DNA of 64,000 bases from assembly GCF_006345805.1 (NCBI RefSeq), contig NC_043009.1, positions 30,008,001 to 30,072,000 of the forward strand, read 5' to 3'. The notes under the pieces are model-generated. The model made no database searches. It had not been told where the DNA came from and worked only from the letters and a program-made list of their open reading frames with translations. The first letter of the stretch is position 1. The number at the start of each line of letters is the position of its first letter. Made by a program: the position numbers and the translations under genes. The DNA comes from Octopus sinensis. Its lineage: Eukaryota. This document shows positions 1-12,687 of the stretch, in pieces.

Positions 1-7
1 AAAATAT

Positions 8-941
8 TGCAGCTAAGGATAAAATTTCAAATAAAATATTTAGATTTAGAAAATATTAGATTATATTAGGAGTGAAAAAATATTACAAGTTATTACTTTC
101 ATTTGTTATTAATTGTTGCTTCTATTAAAAATAAAAATAACTCCATTAAAGTATTTTTTGCACTTTAAAAAAATTCATTTTCGGAATTATTAATTTATAA
201 TTAGAAATTTGAAAATAGGTTATAAAGAATACTAGTAGTTGATAATTAGTACAATGAATAGAACAATACAAAAATTAGTTATATATTACAGTAAAATCTA
301 ACTATCTTAAAAAAAGACTCCGCCGGTTACGACGACGAGGGTCCCAGCTGATACGATCAAGGGAACAGCTTGCTCGTGAAATTAACGTGCAAATGGCTGA
401 GCATTCCACAGACACGTGTACCCTTAACGTAGTTCTCGGGGATAATCAGCGTGACACAGAGAGTGACAAGGCTGACCCTTTGAAATACAAGTACAACTCA
501 TTTTTGCCAGCTGAGTGGACTGGAGCAACGTGAAATAAAGTGTCTTGCTCAAGGACACAACGCGTCGCCGGGAATCGAACTCACAACCTTACGATCATGA
601 GCCGAATGCCCTAACCACTAAGCCACGCGCCCTCACAAAATCTAACTATAACAACTAATTCACAGTAAAATTTGCTTGATGTATTACCTAAATTATTGCC
701 TAGTCTTCACATTTTTAGACTTGACCCAATGCCTGTTTTTTACATAATGAATTTGCCTGCTGTATATACTATTCTACTTTGCGTAAAACTTTTGCTATAT
801 TGGTACTTCTGGATCTAATTTTTTAAGTATTCTAGTGTGTCATTATTTCAACAAAATGACGGTACCGTTTTACAATTATAATGTTACTTTGTAAATTAAA
901 ATCTAATAATTCTTAATATTCAAATTTTATCCTTAGCTGCA
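8..941. mobile_element. Putative AT-rich TIR element (MITE-like), interrupted by a SINE
   Basis: Perfect 20-bp inverted repeat tgcagctaaggataaaattt (8-27) / aaattttatccttagctgca (922-941), with weaker similarity for about 25 bp further inward. No clear TSD; superfamily not assigned. Confidence 0.45.
306..636 (-). mobile_element. Full-length tRNA-derived SINE (family D)
   Basis: Minus strand: tRNA-like head with A box (tggcttagtgg) and B box (gttcgattcc), then gtgtccttgagcaagacact core, ending in a T-run. Perfect 13-bp TSD aaaatctaactat (293-305 / 637-649). Second copy at 60200-60476. Confidence 0.9.
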
Positions 942-1324
942 TTAATTTAAAGAAAGATTTTCTTTTTCTCTACTTTACCAGATGTACTAGCTTGTAATAA
1001 CTTGTCCTGTATTTTTACATGTTTATAATCTTAAGAATATTATTTCTCTTACCCTGCACTTTTCCATATAATCAATGTTTTTTCCTGGTTATGCTTCTAT
1101 GATAATTAACAATGTGTGTCAAATATGTGTCAATTAGTGGTGTTGCTGATAATATTTTCGTTACCTCAATGATGCCGGTGACATATATTTAAAATCACCT
1201 TATATATTCATAAAAATGTACAGAACTATATTATCAACCTCAAATTTGAGAAACAAACTCCCAAACTTTTTTTGCCCTTAAAACTTCATTGCCTGAGATT
1301 GCTGCCATGAATTGAGCCGTAACA

Positions 1325-1530
1325 TTTAAGCATTTTATACAGGATATGTGCTGTTCCTATAAGCACTATCTTTTGAATTTCTGACATTTTGGGGTTTCCT
1401 GTATCTGAGACAGGTATCAATCAGCCCCTTTTGCTATCCTTCCTAGGGCACCAATGACAACAGGTATTGTTTCAGTCTTCACGTTCCACATTTTTCCAAT
1501 ATCAATTTCGAGAGCTTTATACTTGCTCAT
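1325..1530 (-). mobile_element. 3' coding end of an RLE-type non-LTR retrotransposon (R4/Dong-like), pseudogenised
   Basis: Translates SKYKALEIDIGKMWNVKTETIPVVIGALGRIAKGAD*, then after a frameshift GNPKMSEIQKIVLIGTAHIL. This matches the K..KY..L restriction-like endonuclease C-terminus. The 5' junction abuts an (ATT/TAA)n tract. Confidence 0.75.
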
Positions 1531-1534
1531 TATT

Positions 1535-1550
1535 TTTATTATTATTATCT

Positions 1551-1581
<31 letters not shown>

Positions 1582-1633
1582 CAGCAGCAGCAGTAGCAGC
1601 ACCAGCAGCAGTAGTAGTAGCAGTAGTGGTAGT

Positions 1634-1668
<35 letters not shown>

Positions 1669-1680
1669 TAGCAGTAGTAG
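1535..1680. repeat. Compound (GTA)n/(GCA)n trinucleotide repeat
   Basis: Seen directly; explains the poly-S/V/L/T ORFs at 1417-1774. Similar block at 1915-2045. Confidence 0.95.
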
Positions 1681-1693
1681 TTTTATAATAATA

Positions 1694-1910
1694 AAGCGGT
1701 GAGCTGGCAAAATCATTAACGCGCCCGATAGAGATAGTGGGATTCCTTCCTGCTTCTTCACCTTGTGGGTTCAAATGCCACCGATGTCGACTTTATATTC
1801 CGTCCTTTCGGGTTCGTTAAAATAAGTACAAATTGTTCCCTGGTCTTGTCGGGATCGACATAAACCTTCCAATAAAATTACTGGCCTTGGTAGCAAAATT
1901 TGAAATCATT
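1694..1910 (+). mobile_element. tRNA-related SINE family B, degenerate
   Basis: aaagcggtgagctggcaaaatc...gttcaaat...gtcgacttt...cctttcggg...aaataagtac aligns with the copy at 35092-35322. Confidence 0.7.
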
Positions 1911-2001
1911 ACATTAGCATCAGCAACGGCAGCTGCACCAGCAGCATCAGTTGTAGTGGTTATACTAGTGGCATAGTAGCAGCAGCAGCAGCAGCAGTAG
2001 C

Positions 2002-2043
<42 letters not shown>

Positions 2044-2941
2044 CATTTGTAGCATCAACTTCAAACACAATATATTACGGACCAAACAGAAAAAAAAATG
2101 AAAACGAACTGTAGCTGGAACATTAGGAATCCCCTACGATTGTAACAATAAAATTTAACCATTCGCAATCCTCAGCACATTCTCCATCACGTACAATATC
2201 GGAAGAAAAAATTCTCGGATGAATAATGGACAGGGAGAAACACTTGTTTTAGAAACCCGAGACGTTGCTCTGTAATGAAGGATTTGAATATCTGTTAACT
2301 CTCCAGGGGGTTTCTGTTATTGTTCACAAAGTTATTGAGTCAGTCATTGGAAATGGATTGATTTGTATTCCAAGAGGCCCACAGCTCTTATTTCAGTAGC
2401 TGCAATGTACCGAGAGAACAGGTGGTGGGGACGCAATAATTCGGTTTAGGGTCTGTCTCTATTAGTTTTATGTACGTAGTTTTGTATATATATATGCGTG
2501 TGTGTGTCTGTGTGTGACAGAGTGTGTGCGTGCGCTCGCGTGAGTATGTGTGTGAGTGTGTGCGCGCGCGCGTGTTTCGACCTATATTTGTGTACTATAT
2601 ATTATATATTCATTGTTTTATATACTTATATACGCTTCTGCAGCAAAGAAAGCCGCCCCCCAAAAAATAAAGCTGTTTACTGCGTTACTCAAGCAGCAAA
2701 GAATAATTGCTTGTTCCTTTTACCTTATTCTTTGCTGCTCATGTGTATGTTTGATTGTTCTCAGGTGTAGCAGAATGGCTGAGGTCTTGTTTTCCCAATC
2801 ATTGATTTCTCCAGATTTTAAACAACCATCAGATGTCTTAACCAAATGAATTTTTCTTTTGCTTCGCTTAACTTAAATGCTTGTCAATGCAATTTCACGA
2901 ACATACTGTGGTATAGACCTACCCGGATAAAAGATGCGTTA

Positions 2942-2980
<39 letters not shown>

Positions 2981-3039
2981 CTGTGTGTGAGTGTGTGTGT
3001 GTGTATACACGTACGAATGTATTTATGCTGTGTGCAAAG

Positions 3040-3079
<40 letters not shown>

Positions 3080-4071
3080 AGTATTTAAAATTCAGTTGAA
3101 GTAGGTACTTAAGTTGAAGCAGCAAGTCAGTCCGGTATTATCCACACAGCTCGAAGTAAGGTGAATAAATTCAAAATAAGTAACAGAATGTTAAGTAGTA
3201 ATGCAGTACGACAATTTCCAGCGGGTCTATTTTATTGAACAATGCAATTATTACATCAATTTAAATACACCGCTACCTTTAGATGCATAAATATGAAATT
3301 TCAACAAACACGATAAATTAATATCATTTTTCTCTTAGATATTTTTGCTACAATAGTGACAACATTAAATTCTTCCATCTTCTTGCTCTGTTACAATATT
3401 TAAGAAAAATCATATTACTATATCTTGTCTGTTGAAATTCCGTATTTGTGCAGCTGAAGGTAGCGCTGTATTTAAATCGATATAATGATTGCATTGTTCA
3501 GTTAAATGTAACCTCTTGAAACGGTCGTACTCATTACTGCTTGACATTCTGTTATTTATTTTGATTACTAATACATTTGTTTGTTTGTACTCCACCTTCC
3601 TTCGTCTTTTGTTTATTTTCATAAACCTTACCATTACTATAACTGTTTCATACTACATGCATTATATACGCTACTAACAGATTTATTAAGCGCTGATTAA
3701 AGTATCCAACCAAGAAGTTTAAGTTTTAAAATAGGGCAGGTGTGAAGCGATCCTAATGGAAGATTCCACCAAATTGGGCGAATGATTAATAAAAAAAAAA
3801 CAAAGAAAAAGATTCAATAAATAATGAATAAATAAAAATTAAATATAAAAATATTAAAAGATATATTCAATATAAATTTTAAATATGTATCAAAATATAT
3901 TCTTTAAAAGCTATAAAAGCCCGAATGAACATGAAAAGTACGAAGAAAATAGAAAATGTGGATATAAATACAAAATACTAGTCTCTCATTAGATGGAATA
4001 CTCTTTTTATTGATGTTTACAGGAATTAATTACGTGTATAATATATATGTATGTATGTATGTATGTATATA

Positions 4072-4103
<32 letters not shown>

Positions 4104-4104
4104 C

Positions 4105-4418
4105 ATCTTTTGCTTTTTAATCTTTTATTTTTTCAGTCCATTAGACGGCAGCCATGTTGGATCAGCGCGCCTTGAAGAATTCTTAGTCGAATGTATCAAC
4201 CCCAGTATCTGATTTTTCTTTAAAGCCTGGTACTTATTCTAAGTACCGCTAATTTATGGGACGTAAGCACACCAGCACCGGTGGTCAAGCGGTGGTGGAG
4301 GGACAAACACAGACACACACATATAGATATATACATATATTTGCGACAGTGTTCTTTGAATTTCTGTCAACGAACCCCCTTCACAAGGCCCTGGTCAGCC
4401 GAGACTATAGTAGAAGAG
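4105..4418 (-). mobile_element. SINE family A, degenerate and lacking the head
   Basis: cagtc...gccatgttgga...gtacttattct...acaccagc...gtcaagcg...ggacaaacacagacac...tcacaaggc...ctatagtagaaga aligns with 6557-6936. Confidence 0.7.
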
Positions 4419-6292
4419 TTAATAGACCATGTGGTGCGTTATGTTCTTGAGCAAAATACTTCATTTCACGTTGCCCTAAGATCACTTCGACACCAGGCAA
4501 CGTCGATTTGATGGAGGGAGTGAGCTACCCTGCGGCACGATTATTGGATCACTATAAACAATTTATTTGTGCTTCTCCTTCGACGGGAGAGTCCATAATC
4601 CCCCACCACCGCCACCACACACGTATGTATGTACTTGTATATATAATATTGCTTCTGTTCAGAACATCACTTGTTCAAACTTCCCATCAAACGCCATTAA
4701 TCTACAGTATTGACTTTTGATGAAGCCTAGCTAGTCTTTCAGTTATACAACTCGCTAAGAGACATTAATAAACCTAGAGGTGATTTTTATTTTCAGGTTT
4801 GCTGTAACTCTGAAGTAAAATTCAATGTTAACTAATATTTCCAGTTGTGTATAAGTTTAACAATGGTTGCAGGGCGAGAAAGTTCTCCATGGATTAAAAG
4901 GTGTTTATATGAATGTAATTTCGTTCTTGTGAAATCACTTAAAGGTACAATTTCCTTACGTTAACCCCAACTTTGGAACTTCATTACGAGAGGTCACCAA
5001 ACTCACAAATAATGAAGATGCTATCGCTTAACGGAACCGAAAGATTGCTGTAGAGATACGAATAAATGAGATTTTGGAAGATATTAAGTGGTGTTCTCAA
5101 ACGATTTGTTGAAGTGTTGCCTCACCATCTATATCGGAATGTTTTCTGCGATAAATAACACATATATTCGCAACCTCATGCACACATTGTCACACTGACA
5201 CAAACTCAGAGACATGCTCATGCACTATGTATATGTATGTGTCTATTATTTTTCTCCTCAAACACATTTGTACTGGAAGTAGGTAGAGTCTCATACAAGT
5301 CACGTGAATGTAAAATGGACAGGATTACACCTCCAAACAAGTGTTTCGTTCAAGAAGCACCTTAATCAGTCGAATTCTTTAACAGATTGAGAAGAAGAGT
5401 GTCCATCAACAAATCTGCAATATTTTCAGAATATATTTGCATTTCCGGCAATACCGTTATAAACCTGTCATAAAACAGTAAGATGCTCCTCTGATAGGTT
5501 TTGATTAATGTCTTCTATTTGACTGGAAACCAATTTTTACAAGGACATTTCTTGTTAACGTGAGCTATTTTTAAAAACGTTCGTCTTGAATTACAGTTAT
5601 ATGCGAAGTATGGCGTCTTTCACATTGCTTTCAGTATATGTGGTAAGGAAAGAAACCTCGCATATAATGTTATAAAATAGTAATGTTATGTATTCAGTTA
5701 CTTGAGCACATTTTCGACTTCGTTGGATGCGGACCAACAGGCATTTAACATTATAGTTCTTAATGACACGGTATCAATCGGTAACCTTTCAATGATTACT
5801 GCGTAGTGACACAGTTCGTTTCCTTTTGTCATATTAAGAAAAAGAAAATAACCTAATGTAATTCATTCGCCTGTCAAACACGACCCGACATACATTCTAA
5901 CACAATAACTGATTTAAACTATTAATAAGATGCAAAAACTTTCAGTGACAGACAAATAAATATATAAATAAATAAATGAATATATAAATAAATAAACAAA
6001 GAATGAATGAATTAATGCATGAAGCAGAGACAGTAAGTGAAAATATTTTCCCCACAAAATTTTAGCAAGTTGATATATGTAGAGTGAAAAATTATAAAGA
6101 GAAATACAAACGAATCTGGGAAATATTCGCATATTCCTAATAATACATACAGGTACTTCTCCATAGGGCCTCACTTCTTCCGCTTTCACATAGCACACAC
6201 GCAGACTCACAGGTCAACAACGCACGCAAGCGCACGCGGATGCATGTATGTTTGTATGTATGTATATATTTATCTCTCTCTATATATATATA

Positions 6293-6480
6293 TTCGCCAT
6301 GATATATCGGTAGCTATTTCACACATTTTTTCTCTCCATGTGTCTTTCTGTGTTCCTTTTTGTGGAAGAGCGTAGGCTCGAAACGTTAAATACTTTTTCA
6401 ATTCCCGAGCGTTATACTAATACATCTGTTTGTTTTCTACACCACCTGTCTTCGTTTTTTTTTTCGTGAATTCTCCCTAT
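6293..6480 (+). mobile_element. Penelope-like terminal remnant with degenerate hammerhead motif
   Basis: Flanked by (TA)n. Stem II gagc-gtag-gctc (6368-6379) followed by GAAACGTT; the CTGAnGA half is degenerate (tgtgga). Related to the 61 kb copies. Penelope assignment is inferred. Confidence 0.55.
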
Positions 6481-6556
6481 ATATATATATGCCTATATGT
6501 TTTTTATATATATTTGTGTGTGTGTATATTTGTATATATATATACTTATATCTATA

Positions 6557-6936
6557 CTCTTTTACTCTCTCTTTTACTCTTTTACTTGTTTCAGTCATTT
6601 GACTGCGGCCATGCTGGAGCACCACCTTTTAGTACTTATTTTATCGGTCTCTTTTTGCCGAACCGCTAAGTGACGGGGACCTAAACACACCAGCATCGGT
6701 TGTCAAGCAATGCTAGGGGGACAAACACAGACACACAAACACATACACACATATACATATATATACATATATACGACAGGCTTCTTTCAGTTTCCGTCTA
6801 CCAAATCCACTCACAAGGCATTGGTCGGCCCGGGCTATAGCAGAAGACACTTGCCCAAGATGCCACGCAGTGGACTGAACCCGCAACCGTGTGGTTGGTT
6901 AGCAAGCTACTTACCACACAGCCACTCCTGCGCCTA
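6557..6936 (-). mobile_element. SINE family A (tRNA head, internal microsatellite), near full-length
   Basis: Minus-strand head aggagtggctgtgtggtaagtag...gggttcagtcc, internal (TA/CA)n, tail ...gactgaaacaagtaaaagagtaaaag. Internal deletion at cctttag|tactt. Confidence 0.9.
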
Positions 6937-6990
6937 TATCTATATATATATATATATAATATATATATATATATGTATGTATATGTGTAT

Positions 6991-7021
<31 letters not shown>

Positions 7022-7049
7022 GTATGTATATGTGTATATATATATAATG

Positions 7050-7499
7050 TACATTTAAACACAAGAGAAACTACCTTTAACCGGTTATTTTACATGCTAG
7101 AAGAAGCAATCAAAACGACGAAAACCATCTAAAGGGAATAAAAAATAAAAACTCTTACCTTGTTATTTTTTACCGTTATACCTAGGTTTCAAGTTTTTTA
7201 GCAAATAAAATAATAAGCTACGCAAAATTCTCATCAGTAAATGCGCCATAACATTAACATATAATTTAGAAATAAATAACACGTGTCTCATCATTATATG
7301 CTATAATTTTTCAAATTCGCCGCGCAAGCGCAGTTTCAGTCAGCTGTATTTATAATTTGCTGAACTGATTTTTTCGAAATGCTAAAATCATATACGTAAA
7401 AATATATAGGGTAGCGAATATTTTTAGAAATATCACTACCAGTGGCCTAGCATGTATAAAAAGTCAATAGACGACATATTCTCGATATAAAACAGTGTA
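7050..7499. mobile_element. Possible Tc1/mariner-type MITE with decayed TIRs
   Basis: Ends tgTA|ca...tg|TAc. Inverted similarity includes gagaa and tacatgctag (near 7100) / ctagcatgta (near 7450). Confidence 0.4.
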
Positions 7500-7610
7500 C
7501 ATTATATATATATATATATATATACATACTTCTACACATATCGGAACATTAACAAATCTTAAATAAGACAAATGTATGAACATATATAATATTAAATTAT
7601 ATATATATAA

Positions 7611-7748
7611 CATTGCTTGACAACCAATGCTGGTGTGTTTACGTCCCCATAACTTAGCAGTTCGGCAAAAGAAACCAATAAAGCAAGTACTAGGCTAGCA
7701 TGGCCGCAGTCAATAGACTGAATCAAGTAAAAGTGTAAAAGAGAGAGT
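7611..7748 (+). mobile_element. SINE family A, 3' half
   Basis: cattgcttgacaaccaatgctggtgtgtttacgtcccc...gcatggccgcagtc...aagtaaaag matches the family A tail. Confidence 0.8.
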
Positions 7749-7754
7749 GTATAT

Positions 7755-7768
7755 TATACATATATATA

Positions 7769-7804
<36 letters not shown>

Positions 7805-7912
7805 GAAAGATTATTACGTCTACAACATACTGGCAACTATATAATACTCACACACACATATATGTACATATATATATATATGTATGTATGTATATATATG
7901 TATATATATATA

Positions 7913-7952
<40 letters not shown>

Positions 7953-7966
7953 TATATTTTACTTTT

Positions 7967-8009
<43 letters not shown>

Positions 8010-8024
8010 ATGTATGTATGTATG

Positions 8025-8056
<32 letters not shown>

Positions 8057-8080
8057 TGTATGTATGTATGTATGTGTGTA
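7755..8080. repeat. (TA)n/(TATG)n compound microsatellite
   Basis: Seen directly. Similar arrays at about 10375-10503, 14455-14630, 19570-19785, 20405-20650, 28100-28305, 38700-38900, 43800-43985, 47125-47320, 61795-62030 and 62140-62355. Confidence 0.95.
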
Positions 8081-10377
8081 TGTTGGGAAAAACAATACAA
8101 GCACAACAACTACAAATGGAAAGTGATCGGAAATTCCGTTACCGTTTAACGTTTCGTGAATGACACATCTTTCCTTACGACATATCTCGAGTTTCTAATA
8201 TTAGTTCTTTTGTTCAACGAAGCTCACGACAGAGATTGATGCAATCATTACTTTCTACTTGAATGAACTGTAGTTCGGAAGCCAAGCGATTAATTACCAT
8301 CTGTATGGGGGTCACCACTGAATACAATAGAGTGTCTGATAACTATACATGCTTACACTTAGTTTATAAGTCTGGCTATTTGAACTACTCATGACAGATA
8401 TTTCTGTACGTTAAAACCTCCTGTTTATTCAAAGAAAGTCTCTCTCTCAATGATAGTCTCCCTCTCACAAAGAAAATCTCCCTCTCTCTCTCTCTCTCTC
8501 TCTCCGTCTCTGTGTGTATACATTTGTGTATGTAAATGTTTGTGTGTGTGTTTGTGTATGCGTGACTGTCCCTGTATGTGTATGTTTATGTATACACACG
8601 TATATTATGTATCACTTTCTATACTTCTCGATGTTTGGGTTGATGTTTTTCATTAAGCCTTCCATATTTATAATGTTTCGCAACCAGTGCAAATGATACT
8701 GTCACTCTCATCACTGTCGTCGTCCAGCCCTCGGTCATCCCTTACCGCCCGGCCTAACACTAGATGCTTGCTACTCGCGGTCATCTCGTTCTTTTCGTGT
8801 GAGATAGTAGAGCTAAATTATCGAACGTATATCCTTCCTTTTCTTAAAAGACGGTGAAGTGTGATTTGAAAAATATATCCCTGTTGTTTCTATGAGATTC
8901 AATGACCACATTGTATCTCTGTCATTGTTCTATATCTTTCTGTTACTGTTATTGTTTTTGTTGCCGCTTAATTCTGATCCAAGTGATGTATATGAAATGT
9001 ATTCTAGGCATGACTATTTCATCTATTCGTGTATTTTACATACAGCCCCAGATTGTTTTGGCCAATAAAGAAAAACAAAAGCGTATGATTTGAGGGCAAG
9101 TTTGCTGCTTTTTGTAGTGTGGCAATTTAACTCCTATAGATGATCTACCGTTAATAACTCCACCATTAGGACTAAAGAACAACTCCATCATATTCACATG
9201 AAAGTGGACCTATTCATTGAAATAAGAAACATTTCTTTGCTCAACACTCACGTCTACTGTTATTTTCGATTTTTCCCCACGCTCTACCCCCTTAATCATT
9301 TAGGTTCGATCGATCATTTAGGCGAACGCTAATGATCCTCTTGTCGAACAAATATTTGAACAAAGCATTGCTTAAAATTTGCGCACTGGCTTATTAGCAT
9401 AAATATATTGCTACATTAAATTGTGGCTTCGTTTTCACATAACCTCTTTGACATGAGGAGTCACGGAGTTCTTGTCGAGTTCATCCTTCCGTTGTTATGT
9501 AGTTTCTAATCGAGTCTTGTTATTCATTTAACTGATAATACTGTCCCTCCTGATGCAACTCTTTAATGATGCACCAACTATTATTTCTCACTACCTTTCG
9601 TCTCTCCGATTCCATTCACTCTTCTTCGCATAGTAAGCGGACAGAAAAGATGTATTTTCACATCGATTTATGCAAACTTCACTCATACACGCATCCATGA
9701 CTGACTCGTAGCTTATGAACCGAAATAAAATAGTTCACTGTATGTCACCATAGTGTCTGACACGTATGTGTCAAGGGCTTCGTCACGAATCTTCAGCCGT
9801 CGGCTTTTCTTGACTTTGCACCTGTACATACACAACACTTCGTCGTTTTGCTGCCGATTTTAGAAGGGAAGGGCTATGATAGATTACCTGTCACTACGAA
9901 ACTTCCAATCTCACATTTTTTCTCTTCTATGTTGTGAAGTAAAGTTGTTCCCTGCTGCTTTTGAATTCTGAAAAATATATTCGATTCTGCGTTGTCTCTG
10001 CTCTTGCGTTGTTAATATTCTTGCCGTTCCAGTTCCACTTGCTGAAGGTAATAATGGAAGTGGTGCGTGCCGTAACTGTGGCATTGTTGGGGTCAGCTGG
10101 GATTATAGGAAAGTCACTTTGTTGGTAATAGTAATATCCTTGCCGATGCTGGAGCAGCTGGTGCTGTGGCTGCTGGTTGTGCTCACGGTGCTTGAGAATG
10201 TCACAGCAGTTCTCATCTAATACGGTTCTGTAGCACTGATATTGAGTGCTCTGCTATTGATTGTAATTTGATCCGTACTGGTTGTTTTGTATGTGATATG
10301 GGGGTTGAAGTAACCATGCAACTGCTATACTTATTACTTCACAGCTATTGTTACGATGGCTACCATGTTTATATCTA

Positions 10378-10428
<51 letters not shown>

Positions 10429-10429
10429 A

Positions 10430-10472
<43 letters not shown>

Positions 10473-11599
10473 ATATATATTTATATATATATATATATAT
10501 ATAGACATATATTATCAATTGTTTTGCAAAAATAAACATTTCTTTGTTAGACGAGGCTATTCCAGCACACCCTAGAAAGTGGACGATAAAAAGCGGTCCT
10601 TTCTTCACACTGGTGACCTATCCCGTTGCAAGACTATCACAAACGCGGTTGAGAAACTTCAATAATAATTGAATACAACAGTGAAAGACATCAAGTGGTT
10701 TAGTGAGAAAGCAAGTAGTCGTTAGTGGTATTTGGTGATGTTGGCAGTTGCAAATTGGCCGGAAGGTACAGAATTTCGATTCACATTCATGAAGCGCCAT
10801 TTCTGATCCTGCTGCATGGCTTGTTAGGCCATTTTTCATTAGCCTATGATGGACGCATATTATGCGAGTGGAAATGTAGAAACGGGGGTTGTATGGAAGC
10901 TCGTTAGCGAGATTGTAGCTGCAATTTAGAAGTTCTGAAAATTCCATTAAGGGTACAAATGATTGTAGAATACTCAACCCGACACAAGATAAGTCAGTTA
11001 GACTTGTAAATAGCACAATTGAATACTCGCGCACGGAAGTTCCGACCGACATCCATTTACTGCATTTAGTAATATGTTTTTTGCTGTTGCTGTAGTTGCA
11101 TTACAGTAGCTGCGGCAGTTGTAGTGGTAGTAAAAGTAATGATGGTGGAAATGATACTGATAGCTGTATAATAATTTCTAACACTAACATAAATTTTGTG
11201 GTGGAAGGGGATTATTGCCGTAAGTCTAAAAACTATTTATCTGGTACTTTATTTTATCGATCTTTGAAAGATAATAAATGAAGCTGAACTCGGCAGGGTT
11301 TTAAAAACACAATGCATAAGCAGCAGCTGTAACTACGTACTTTGTTCAATGCTCTCTAGATTCTGCAGTAAATATAATAATTAAGTCGTATACAGTCACA
11401 CCAAATTTATCTAGGAGACGACTGCCTAGATTATAATGGGACCAGAGACATAAAAGTCAAAAGAATGTCCCGACGGAATTTGAACATAAAACATAATATA
11501 GAACATGTGTTTTGTCTACTGCGCCGGTGTTTCGGTCACACCTTCGGCCATCTTGCCTATCTCTGTGATCTAATCATTACAAACAATGGATTTTCTGAC

Positions 11600-11880
11600 G
11601 CTATTGTCATTGTTGTTGTCGTTACTACTGCTGCTGCTGCTGCTGCTTCTGCTATTGTAGTTGATGTTATGGTTACAATTACTTGTCTTCCCGGTGGTGT
11701 AAGTGATGTTGTTGTTATTGCTTTTGTTGGTGCTATTATAATTTCTTTCCCTGGTGCTGTTATTGTTGTTATTGTAATAGTAGTCTCCGTTATTTTAATG
11801 TTTTTTAATGTTGTTATTGTTGTTGTTGTTGTTGCTGTTGTTTCTCCTCCCGGTACTATAATTGTCGTTGCAGTTGTTAC
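11600..11880. repeat. Degenerate (GTT/GCT/ATT)n low-complexity tract
   Basis: Seen directly; explains the Val-rich ORF 11465-11947. Confidence 0.85.
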
Positions 11881-12340
11881 TTGCTATCACAAATTTCCTG
11901 TCGTGTCAAATAACTATTTATCAAAAGCCAGTTTCTGTTTGAGTTAAGTATCCTTCATGCCAAAATACACTAAGTGATGTGCCAACCATGGTTTGTTTTC
12001 CAGCACCATTTAAACCATTCGGCCTCTTTAGAGCTTCAGCAGCTAATTGTTTCAACGCTATCAACAACAAAAGCTGTTTCCGTTCTTCCTCTTCACACAC
12101 CAACACAATTCTACCAACCATTGAGTAATTTGTTATCATATTCACTTAGCTTCCTACACAAGCTTTTGATAAACTCGAGACGTGTTGCGTATGATTTCTT
12201 CTTAGTACTATTGTGAAAACGAAAACTGCGTCGTCCATTTCTTAGTAATGACTCTTGGCAATAAGATCTGTTAATATATTGCCAACCACCATAATATACA
12301 TTTTAGTGAAGGTGGTGGGAACACAAGACATGGTCGTTAT

Positions 12341-12687
12341 TTACATTATTTACATTTGACGGATATCTCTCCTCATCTTGTTTGTTGTTAACACAATAAT
12401 TTTGGCTGACAAACCCTCCAGCCTTCATCAGGTGTCTTGGGGAAATTACGAACCTGGCTTCTCATTCCTAAGGTAGTTTTCGATGTTGTTTATTATTATC
12501 ATTATTATTATTATTATTATCATTATAATTATTGTTGTTGTTGTTGTTGTTGTTCAGGTCACTGCTTGGAATCGAACTCGGAATCTTGGGGTTAGTAGCC
12601 CGCGCTCTTAACCACTTCGCCATATGCCCACGGGCATAATAATGTAAATAATGTACACAATTCCTCATCTCTTAAATATAGAACTGT
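12341..12687 (-). mobile_element. SINE family C (tRNA head + (AAT)n + hammerhead-bearing tail), rearranged copy
   Basis: 12341-12629 is the reverse complement of most of 58139-58470. 12637-12687 is the family's 3' terminus in + orientation. Flanked by acaagacatggt(c)gttat (12323-12340 / 12688-12704). Confidence 0.85.

Noticed and set aside
9100-10340. Gln-rich, coding-looking minus-strand segment with stops
   Set aside because: Possibly a decayed retroelement, but I could not match any diagnostic motif.
10618-11052. 144-aa minus-strand ORF in non-repetitive sequence
   Set aside because: No recognisable motif or convincing splice sites. About one ORF of this length is plausible by chance in 64 kb over six frames. 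A BLASTp hit or expression would reverse this.
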